Below, piece after piece: positions 1 to 7,652 of a stretch of 64,000 bases of DNA (its first letter is position 1; each line of letters opens with the position of its first letter). The position numbers and the translations under genes were made by a program. Source of the stretch: Desulfatiglandales bacterium (lineage in GTDB: Bacteria; Desulfobacterota; DSM-4660; Desulfatiglandales; HGW-15); contig CAXXJJ010000001.1 of NCBI GenBank assembly GCA_963667015.2, positions 2,240,001 through 2,304,000 of the forward strand, read 5' to 3'. The notes under the pieces were generated by a model. It ran no database searches. It was given only the letters and a program-made list of their open reading frames with translations, and was not told the origin of the DNA.

Positions 1-2
1 CA

Positions 3-464
3 GTATTTCTGGTAATGGGCGCCTCCCTGTTGTCTGCCTCGGAAAAGGTCCAGCTGCGGGCTCAGGACAGGGTGGAGATCGAACAGTTGATGTGGGAATA
101 CATCCAGGCTCTTGACTCACACGACGCCGAAGCATTTCTCAGCAAGTTTACACCTGACGGAGAATTCAGGAGCCGTGAGACATCGGCAAAAGGAAGGGAT
201 GCCCTGAAAAAGATGGTGGTGGATGCCTGGAAAAAAATGGATGCTTCGAATGAGGAAGGCAAAAAACAGCCTCATATGTATCACATAGTGACAAATCCGC
301 ATATTGAGTTTATAGATGAGGATCATGCGCGCTATTATGCATACTGGATGGGGGTACTTGAAACAGGGGGAGGGGTTGTTACAGCCGGACGCGAAGTGAA
401 TGAACTTGTTAAGGTAAAGGGAAGTTGGCTCATTAAAATCCGCGATGTAAATCCAGAGAATTAG
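3..464 (+). CDS. SnoaL-like / NTF2-fold protein, probably 5'-truncated by window edge
   Basis: DRVEIEQLMWEY..ALD....F...FTPDG and HIVTNPHI...G.WLIK.R pattern; frame is open back to position 3 with hydrophobic residues (possible signal peptide). Confidence 0.8.
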   Translation, partial: VFLVMGASLLSASEKVQLRAQDRVEIEQLMWEYIQALDSHDAEAFLSKFTPDGEFRSRETSAKGRDALKKMVVDAWKKMDASNEEGKKQPHMYHIVTNPHIEFIDEDHARYYAYWMGVLETGGGVVTAGREVNELVKVKGSWLIKIRDVNPEN

Positions 465-512
465 CAAATAATTTACCGACTGCACAGATAGAAATAAAAG
501 GGAGGAAAATAT

Positions 513-1187
513 ATGCCTGAAAATGACTGGATTGATATCTCGATACCCCTGGGAAAAGATATTCCGGAGCTCGCCATGGAGACATCCGATGGTGAAGTGC
601 CCAGGTCAAGCGTGAAGCGTTTTTTTGATGTGGAAAAGGGTGACAAGGTCACCATGTCCAGGATTGAAATGGATTCCCATGACGGAACCCATATCGATTC
701 TCCTCTCCATTTTATCAAGGGGGGAACATCCATAGATGAAATGCCCATAGGCACTGCCATAGGTCCCGCCAGGGTCATAGAGATCATGAACGAAAAGGAG
801 ATCACAGTCGAAGAGCTTGAACCTTACAGGATCAGTAAGGGTGAGAGGATCCTGTTCAAGACAAAAAACTCGCCCCGTGTATATGGCACAAGGGTGTATA
901 AGGGAGATTATGTGGCCATTACTCCTGCAACAGCAGAATACCTTGCTGACATTGGCATACTGCTGGTAGGCCTTGATTTCCTGACCATTGCAGACAAAAA
1001 TCCGCCGGAAAATATTACCAAAGTTCACCTTTCCTTTTTAACAAGGGGTATATACATCCTTGAGGCAGTTAATCTTGATGGTGTAGCCCCGGGCAACTAC
1101 GAACTCATCTGTCTGCCTATCAGGCTGGATAAAGGAGATGCCGGTCCATGCAGGGCAGTAATACGTCCGATCGTCACTGTTCTCTAA
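513..1187 (+). CDS. Cyclase family metal-dependent hydrolase (kynurenine formamidase-like)
   Basis: HxGTHxDxPxH motif (HDGTHIDSPLH), ILE.VNL and GDAGPCRAV C-terminus; RBS GGAGG. Confidence 0.9.
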   Translation: MPENDWIDISIPLGKDIPELAMETSDGEVPRSSVKRFFDVEKGDKVTMSRIEMDSHDGTHIDSPLHFIKGGTSIDEMPIGTAIGPARVIEIMNEKEITVEELEPYRISKGERILFKTKNSPRVYGTRVYKGDYVAITPATAEYLADIGILLVGLDFLTIADKNPPENITKVHLSFLTRGIYILEAVNLDGVAPGNYELICLPIRLDKGDAGPCRAVIRPIVTVL

Positions 1188-1204
1188 TATAATTGTGGAC
1201 GATA
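1026..1204 (+). repeat. Copy 1 of cyclase 3'-end duplication (partner at about 6898-7082)
   Basis: Direct sequence match with scattered, mostly synonymous substitutions and a short indel at the stop codon. Confidence 0.9.
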
Positions 1205-1214
1205 TCCGTTCTGC

Positions 1215-1312
1215 TTTTCTTATATCATCATTTTCAGCCTTAAAAAGAGCCATATAAGGGTCAAGAACAGTGTGTTTTTAAGGATATATTTTTAGTTGGC
1301 TTGGTCGGACCC
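1215..1312. mobile_element. Degenerate RAYT-type terminal remnant
   Basis: TAGTTGGCTTGGTCGGACCC resembles the TIR at 18711-18735; CTTATATCATCATTTTCAGCCTTAAAAAGAGC resembles 17861-17892. Confidence 0.5.
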
Positions 1313-1349
1313 GGTTTAGTTATTTATAATCGAAAGGAAAAAAGGCTAA

Positions 1350-1757
1350 TTACATACCTGATTCAAAGAGTTTAATTGGTATTATCTTACAATAGTTTTC
1401 AAAATCATTATCGTTTGTAAATATTGGGGAATCAATTCTATTTGCCACTGCACAAATAAGAAAATCAATATGAGACCCCTGAACGCCATTTTTTCGACAT
1501 TTATTGCTAAACTCCGCAGCCAGTTCATAATCCGCATCCAGAATAGGAGCATTTTCAAAATATGATAATTTATCTTTTATCTCTCTAAACTTATGCATAT
1601 CACTATAACCGGAAAGGATTTCCTGTCTGATAGGACCAATTATTATGGCGCGCTGATTATGGATAAGAGAGGCAAGAGAGTTGATCTCATTTTGATATTT
1701 TTTGTTCTTTGAACGAAGTGCGTAAGACCATATTGGTGTATCTACAAGGACTTTCAA
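1350..1757 (-). CDS. vapC: PIN-domain toxin, VapC family
   Basis: VLVDT start, QEILSG, IDFLICA, FTNDNDF acidic PIN residues; overlaps the upstream antitoxin. Confidence 0.9.
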   Translation of the reverse strand: MKVLVDTPIWSYALRSKNKKYQNEINSLASLIHNQRAIIIGPIRQEILSGYSDMHKFREIKDKLSYFENAPILDADYELAAEFSNKCRKNGVQGSHIDFLICAVANRIDSPIFTNDNDFENYCKIIPIKLFESGM

Positions 1758-1951
1758 CGTTTCCTCCCTTTTTTATAATCATAATCAGGGTCCGGGTCCA
1801 TTTTACCAAATAACTCCAATATTTCAGATTGCTTGCGCCTGTTTACAAATTCTTTGAGTGCTAGATTGACTGTTTCTTTTTTGGTTTTTAAACCGCTCAG
1901 CTCTAATGCCTCATGCAGCAGTTCGTCATCTATTGCCAGGTTAGTTGCCAT
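1754..1951 (-). CDS. vapB: VapB-family ribbon-helix-helix antitoxin
   Basis: MATNLAIDDELL...LKTKKETVNLALKEFV; 4-bp overlap with the PIN gene; RBS GGAGG. Confidence 0.88.
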   Translation of the reverse strand: MATNLAIDDELLHEALELSGLKTKKETVNLALKEFVNRRKQSEILELFGKMDPDPDYDYKKGRKR

Positions 1952-1970
1952 TGTTGACCTCCATTTTTTT

Positions 1971-1998
1971 ACACATTATATTGCACAATATTATGTGT
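1971..1998. promoter_or_regulatory. Probable vapBC autoregulatory operator
   Basis: ACACATTATATTG-CA-CAATATTATGTGT, 12/13 inverted repeat about 20 bp upstream of vapB. Confidence 0.6.
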
Positions 1999-2144
1999 GT
2001 CAACAGGTGTAAAATATATTTAACAGGTTTATGTAATGTCTTACTGACACTTTAAAGAATTGTAAGTTTAAGTTTTATGTTTAAGTCCAGGGATGTAGTG
2101 TCTGTTCGCTCCTGGCATTTTTTTCGAAATGTTTAAATAGTTAT

Positions 2145-2239
2145 TTTTATGGTCAAAAAGGATGGTTTAAGCCTTAAAATAGGGCTATTTTATGACTTTA
2201 TTATTTTTATATCAAAGTTACCTTGGTCCGACCCCAATT
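2145..2239 (+). mobile_element. Solo RAYT-type terminus
   Basis: AAGTTACCTTGGTCCGACCCCAATT closely matches the TIR at 18711-18735, preceded by sequence resembling the subterminal region of that element. Confidence 0.65.
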
Positions 2240-2564
2240 CAACAGAGGTGTCATCTTTTCAGACTGTCTCTGATTATCTTGAGGATAAGAATCAGAATGG
2301 GTGCTGAATGAAAAAAGAGGTCAAAAATATCAATCGGTTTTCTAAGCAAACCCTTTTTAAGCATTAACAGTTTTTCATAAAGATGAGGCATGGGATAAAA
2401 GGGTGCCAATCCCATCAGTATTGCAGCGAAAATAAGTGCCGGATATGGTATTTTATCTATAATATCAAAGAATTTCATATCATCTCTCCTGAAGATTTAT
2501 CTTTCTGTAGTATTTTTTTCTGCATTATATTCTATTTTCCTGACAAAATAATTCTATTTTTATT
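2240..2564 (+). repeat. Near-identical direct repeat, copy 1 (partner 7148-7472)
   Basis: About 325 bp match; I see only two substitutions, both upstream of the small gene. Confidence 0.92.
2251..2478 (-). CDS. Small membrane protein (75 aa), copy 1
   Basis: Two hydrophobic segments, LAPFYPMPHL.EKL motif, RBS AGGAGAG; identical protein at 7159-7386. Confidence 0.75.
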   Translation of the reverse strand: MKFFDIIDKIPYPALIFAAILMGLAPFYPMPHLYEKLLMLKKGLLRKPIDIFDLFFHSAPILILILKIIRDSLKR

Positions 2565-2764
2565 CCCGTGTTGTTACAAACGGGTTCTGGGCAAACACAG
2601 CAGAAGATGCGGATAACATTGTATCTCTCCTTGTTTCAAGCGGGCTCTCGCAGTTGAGGATAAGCTGCAGCAGGTGGCATCAGGAGCATGTAAATATAGC
2701 AAACATTATAAATGCAGCCAAAAGCTGTATTAATAACAGGCTTGATTATTTAATATCCTTTGTT
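2561..2764 (+). pseudogene. Radical SAM gene, middle fragment (5' part with CxxxCxxC missing), interrupted by mobile element
   Basis: Manual translation SRVVTNGFWA...LRISCSRWHQEHV...LISFV; continues in frame at 5095 once the element is removed. Confidence 0.8.
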
Positions 2765-2861
2765 GAACGAAGCCGCTTGCGCGGCAGAAAAATAATAAAT
2801 AGTGTATGCTCCTGATGTATGCTCAATTCAGGGCACAAAAAATAATAAAAGGAGATACACT

Positions 2862-3766
2862 ATGAACAAAAAAGAAACAGAAAGATTTAATGACCTTTAT
2901 GAAAGACACCTAAGAATACTCAAACTTCAGGGTAAAAGTCAAAGCACTATTGATGCCTATTCAAGGGCGGTGCGCCGGATAAAAGAGCATTTTGACTGCT
3001 GTCCTGATCAGCTTACCCCGGACCAACTTGAACAGTATTTTTCTGACCTGGTTGATTCTCATTCCTGGAGCACTGTCAAATTGGACCGTCTTGGACTTCA
3101 GTTCTTCTGGAAACACGTTGTCCAGAAAAAATGGGAGTGGATAGATATTATTAAGCCTCCCAAAGTATATACCCTGCCTGATATTCTTACACCCGGTGAA
3201 ATAGAGCGCATAATAGGTGCAACAAGAAAACTCCGATACAGGGTTTTTCTACTGACTACATATTCCATGGGACTTCGTTTGCAGGAAGCATTACATCTTC
3301 AAACCAGCGATATCGATGCTGAAAGAAAGAAGGTCCATATCCGGCGTGGTAAAGGTCATAAAGACCGTTTAGTTCCATTGCCGGATCTTACCTTAGAAGC
3401 TCTGCGTGAGTTATGGTCAAAACACAAAAACCCTGTATGGCTTTTCCCTAATGCCACGGGCTCTCCTGATAAAATCCAACAGGCAACTAATCACATGGAC
3501 ACAGGCGGAACTCAGAAGGCTATGCAGGTAGTTGTTAAGGAATGCGGCATTAAAAAAAAGTCCATATCCATTCCCTTCGTCACAGCTTCGCAACACACCT
3601 GCTTGAGCGCGGCCTGAGTCTCAGACATATCCAGGCTATACTCGGGCATGCCACCCCTGAAACTACCGCTCGCTATGCTCACCTGACAGATATTACCGAG
3701 AATGACAGTCTTGTTAAAATCAATGAGCTGATCAACTCCATTCATGTTGATTTGAAGAAGGTGTAA
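2862..3766 (+). CDS. Tyrosine recombinase, needs a -1 frameshift at 3552-3560
   Basis: YSMGLRLQE and GKGHKDR in frame 0; [19 protein letters not shown] and TTARY in the -1 frame ending TAA at 3766; RBS AGGAG before ATG 2862. Confidence 0.88.
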
Positions 3767-3768
3767 TC

Positions 3769-4815
3769 ATGGAACTGGCATCTATCATCAACCAATATTA
3801 CGACTCATTTATGGCTAAACATTCCAGTACCCTACTACCAGGACATTTAAGCGCACTTAATGCCATTCGTAGATGCAGAACTCCTGATTCCGGAGAAGTA
3901 TATACAATCTGCAACCAGTGCGGACATTCCCAATGGAACCCCATGTCCTGTGGTCACCGAAGTTGTCCTAAATGCCAGAACCATGAAACCAGCAGGTGGC
4001 TTGACCGACAACAGCAAAAGCTGCTGCCTGCACCTTATTTTATGGTTACCTTCACACTGCCATATTCTTTCAGGCCTTTAGCCATGCACCATCAAAAAGA
4101 GATATACCCCTTTTTATTCTCCTGTGCAGCATCCACTCTAAAGGATTTTGCTGCTAACCCAAAAAAACTGGGGGCTAAAGTCGGTATGACCATTGTTCTG
4201 CATACTAATAACAGAAATCTGGATTATCATCCACATGTTCATGTCATCATTCCGGCAGGTGGAGTGGATAAAAAATCCAAACAATGGAAAAAGAAAAAAG
4301 GCAAATACCTCTTTAATGAAAAAGCCATGGCTAAAGTTTTCCGCGCCCGCTTTTTACATGAGCTAAATAATGCCGGCTTTTCCATCCCTAAAAATGCACC
4401 CAAAAAATGGGTGGCTGACTGCGAACATGTTGGAGCAGGCATTACTGCCCTCAAGTATCTTGCCCGGTATTTATACCGTGGCGTTATCAGCGAAAAAAAT
4501 ATCATTGCAAACCGGGATGGAAAGATAACCTTTAAGTATATTGATAACAATAAGATTGTAAAATACCGCACAATGGATGGGGAAGATTTTATTAAACTTC
4601 TACTGCAACATGTACTTCCCAAAGGCTTCAGGAGAGTCAGGGATTATGGCTTCCTTCACAGTAATGCTAAGAAAATACGTTCTCTGATTCAGGTAATATT
4701 GAGAGTCGTTATTGATAAAATCCCGATACGTCCAAGGCCTGCTTTTAAATGCAGCCATTGTAAGTCGCTGATGACTATTGTTAAGTTTAGAAAGCCTGTT
4801 TGCAACTCGGAATAG
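3769..4815 (+). CDS. IS91-family Y2 HUH (rolling-circle) transposase
   Basis: N-terminal Zn-binding SCGHRSCPKC, HUH motif HPHVH, YLARY, QHVLPKGFRRVRDYG, C-terminal CxxC. Confidence 0.95.
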   Translation: MELASIINQYYDSFMAKHSSTLLPGHLSALNAIRRCRTPDSGEVYTICNQCGHSQWNPMSCGHRSCPKCQNHETSRWLDRQQQKLLPAPYFMVTFTLPYSFRPLAMHHQKEIYPFLFSCAASTLKDFAANPKKLGAKVGMTIVLHTNNRNLDYHPHVHVIIPAGGVDKKSKQWKKKKGKYLFNEKAMAKVFRARFLHELNNAGFSIPKNAPKKWVADCEHVGAGITALKYLARYLYRGVISEKNIIANRDGKITFKYIDNNKIVKYRTMDGEDFIKLLLQHVLPKGFRRVRDYGFLHSNAKKIRSLIQVILRVVIDKIPIRPRPAFKCSHCKSLMTIVKFRKPVCNSE

Positions 4816-5006
4816 ACCTTAATCTGGAAATTGCCCCTCTTGCTTTTATAACACGGAGGTAGCTTTGTTTATGAAGATTACAATCACTTTAAAGGCCTTT
4901 TTTAAGGTCAGCGTACCGGTCTGCCTTTTGCTTTCCGCTATACTTTAAGTTCCATTACCTGTCAGCTTCTCGGATATATATATTTTCTTTATATAGACAC
5001 GGGCTT

Positions 5007-5057
5007 GTTCAACCATTGGATAAGATTGTGGCTCCGCACAATCTATCCTTATTCGTT
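5007..5057 (+). other. attC-like imperfect hairpin recombination site
   Basis: GTTCAAC (RYYYAAC) - CATT - GGATAaGATTGTG - GCTCCG - CACAATCTATCC - TTATTC - GTT; one unpaired base in the stem. Confidence 0.7.
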
Positions 5058-5094
5058 TAAGATTGTGGCTCCGCACAATCTATCCTTATTCGTT
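5021..5094 (+). repeat. Perfect 37-bp tandem duplication of the element terminus
   Basis: TAAGATTGTGGCTCCGCACAATCTATCCTTATTCGTT at 5021-5057 and 5058-5094. Confidence 0.95.
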
Positions 5095-5565
5095 ACAGAT
5101 TTTTCAGAAAAGGATGATTCTATTGAGAAGCTTCTGCAGGATTCTAAAATCATATACTTCCCGGAACCTGTTATTTATCTGGGCAGAGCAGAGGGTTTTG
5201 AACGTAAAGATTTAAAAACAGACTATTTTTCAAATACCTGTGAAATGAATCCATATCTTACACCTGATCTTGATGTTTATGCATGCTGTGATGTTGCGGG
5301 CGCTTTTTCAGAAACGGATTTTTTATACCTTGGAAATCTCAAAAGCGAAGGCATTGAAGCCCTTTTTAGTAAAAAGGAAAATAATATTTTATATAACCTG
5401 ATAAGAAATGCCGGGTTATCAGCTATCGCAACAGGCCTGGGGATAAAGGCAAGCGAGATAGTTAAATACAGAAAGTGTGAACTATGTGAAAATATTTTTA
5501 ATTCAAAGAAAAATCTGGCAGAGCTTAAAAAGCTTGTATCAGCAAATTCTATCAGGTGGAGATAG
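5092..5565 (+). pseudogene. Radical SAM gene, 3' fragment with SPASM/twitch-like Cys domain
   Basis: C...YLTPDLDVYACC...YLGNL...CELC; the upstream part of the listed ORF (5005-5091) is element DNA. Confidence 0.8.
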
Positions 5566-5667
5566 TGGGAACCCAACGGGGTCTGTGTATTATTTACAAC
5601 CTGGATATGTTTGGCAACAATGAAAGGATGCCCCCTCTATTTTTATTTTTGTTTATCATTTCTGTCG

Positions 5668-6597
5668 TCATTCCCCTAATGATGGTACCTCCGTTATCTC
5701 TCCACCAGTTCCATTAATCTGATACTTCTTATTACCATTTTTATTAAAAGCAACCATACAATAGCTATCCTTATCAGCAGAAATTATTTGAACTACAACA
5801 TCTTTGCTTACAAAAAAATTATACCTGTCCCCGGTTATATCTTTTAGAGAATCAGTGTATTTACTCTTAGCAATATAATAGTTCTCCTGGGCTGCAGCTG
5901 CATCCCTTAAATCGTTTTGTGCCGTAATATTGTATGCCCTCATTCTATAAGCGTTAAACTGCGGGACTGCTATTGCAACAAATATTCCTGTGACAGCAAT
6001 AACAATCATCACGATGGGTAAAAGGTAGCTGACACCACCTTTTATAGTAAGCAGTATATTTAACTCCCTCTCACTCACATCAGGATTCTTGTCTATTATT
6101 TCATTTATCTTCTTTTTAGCATGTTTATAATAGATATAGTTTCCCGTCATCCCGAAACCTATACTCGCAAGAATATTAATCAGAGGGATAACCGCAAGCA
6201 CTATAGATAAAATCCCCCAAAGGTACATTTTTCTGTATAACAGCCATGGCGGTGGTATAAAAAAAGCGGGCCAATTCCATGTTACAGAAAACTTCTCTCT
6301 GTCTACAGCTTTGAATGCTCTAAATTTCAAAAGATATTTTTCTCTATTTTTAAAGACAAAACTTCTAAATTGTACATCACCGGCCGATAACAGGGGTTTA
6401 TTTTCCGCTTCAGAATTATTTTCCTGATTTATCCTGCCTGTTGTCTTGTGATCCTCTTCACTTTTTTGGTCACCTTGCGGTTTTGCTATTGCTATTTTAT
6501 TCCCGCAATTTTTACATACCGTGGTCGCCCCTTTTTCAGGAATATCTTCGTCTTTAAGGCTATATTTTGCGTTACACTCCGAACAATAAAACTTCAT
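5668..6597 (-). CDS. Zinc-ribbon + DUF2628-like membrane domain + type IV pilin-like C-terminus
   Basis: CSEC...CKNC; SVTWNWPAFF.PPWLLYRKMY; GIFVAIAVPQFNAYRMRAYN..AQNDLR.AAAAQE.YY. Confidence 0.75.
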   Translation of the reverse strand: MKFYCSECNAKYSLKDEDIPEKGATTVCKNCGNKIAIAKPQGDQKSEEDHKTTGRINQENNSEAENKPLLSAGDVQFRSFVFKNREKYLLKFRAFKAVDREKFSVTWNWPAFFIPPPWLLYRKMYLWGILSIVLAVIPLINILASIGFGMTGNYIYYKHAKKKINEIIDKNPDVSERELNILLTIKGGVSYLLPIVMIVIAVTGIFVAIAVPQFNAYRMRAYNITAQNDLRDAAAAQENYYIAKSKYTDSLKDITGDRYNFFVSKDVVVQIISADKDSYCMVAFNKNGNKKYQINGTGGEITEVPSLGE

Positions 6598-6897
6598 AGT
6601 TACTCCCTTTAAATGGAAATAAAAGCATATAAAAATTTTAAGTATATTTATATTTGAACAGAACTAACATTATTATCGTCGTAACTACTTAAAAACTAAA
6701 GGGAAAAATAAGATAACAAAAAGACTGATACAATAATTCCAGGTATGAGGACAAATAGATATGTATCTGGGGACATAATTAGCGACCTTGACTTTTTAAC
6801 TTAATATATTTTAACGCATTTGTTAAGTTTATAAGTAAAAGGCGCCCCTACCTCTGGTCCATCTCAAATGAATTAATGAAGAGCGTCCTACCATATA

Positions 6898-7082
6898 CAC
6901 CTTTCCTTTTTAACAAGGGGTATATACATCCTTGAGGCGATTAACCTTGATGGTGTAGCCCCTGGCAATTATGAACTCATCTGTCTGCCTATCAGGCTGG
7001 ATAAGGGAGATGCGGGTCCATGCAGGGCTGTAATACGTCCGCTCCTGTAAGTCGCTGTTCTCTAATATAATTGTGGGCGATA
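6898..7082 (+). pseudogene. Duplicated 3' end of cyclase gene (copy 2)
   Basis: Encodes HLSFLTRGIYILEAINLDGVAPGNYELICLPIRLDKGDAGPCRAVIRPLL-stop without an upstream gene body. Confidence 0.85.
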
Positions 7083-7147
7083 GGGGATCACAAAATATCA
7101 ATTGGCGCTTTATTTTGATATTTTGAGGTGCATCCCCCATTCCCCTA

Positions 7148-7472
7148 CAACAGAGGTGTCATCTTTTCAGACTGTCTCTGATTATCTTGAGGATAAGAAT
7201 CAGAATGGGTGCTGAATGAAAAAAGAGGTCAAAAATATCAATCGGTTTTCTAAGCAAACCCTTTTTAAGCATTAACAGTTTTTCATAAAGATGAGGCATG
7301 GGATAAAAGGGTGCCAATCCCATCAGTATTGCAGCGAAAATAAGTGCCGGATATGGTATTTTATCTATAATATCAAAGAATTTCATATCATCTCTCCTGA
7401 AGATTTATCTTTCTGTAGTATTTTTTGCTGCATTATATTCTATTTTCCTGACAAAATAATTGTATTTTTATT
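7148..7472 (+). repeat. Near-identical direct repeat, copy 2
   Basis: Matches 2240-2564. Confidence 0.92.
7159..7386 (-). CDS. Small membrane protein (75 aa), copy 2
   Basis: Identical translation to 2251-2478. Confidence 0.75.
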   Translation of the reverse strand: MKFFDIIDKIPYPALIFAAILMGLAPFYPMPHLYEKLLMLKKGLLRKPIDIFDLFFHSAPILILILKIIRDSLKR

Positions 7473-7652
7473 TAGTGCCCATCCAAAATGGATATTCCGG
7501 GTCTGATTTCCCCATGAGTCCGGCCATTGGCCCCAATCGATCCGGTAAAAAGTCCCAACCAATCCGGGGTAGTTCCCATCCAATTATGAGTCTCTATAAT
7601 GAGTAAATGCATCAAGATTTGATGTAAATTCATTATAGAGGAGGTCACCTAA

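Larger units (their letters stand above)
2762..5094 (+). mobile_element. IS91-type element with tyrosine recombinase and attC-like right terminus
   Basis: Both junctions carry GTT and removal restores the radical SAM frame; left GTTGAACGAAGCC and right GGCTTGTTCAAC are inverted repeats. Confidence 0.85.

Noticed and set aside
5005..5091. N-terminus of the listed 186-aa ORF
   Set aside because: Translated element terminus; the real coding frame resumes at 5092
5021..5094. Possible CRISPR array (37-bp palindromic repeat)
   Set aside because: Only two copies, no spacer between them, no cas genes
2862..5094. Classical integron
   Set aside because: Recombinase appears to lack the IntI-specific insertion, there is no cassette array, and the attC-like site belongs to the element itself
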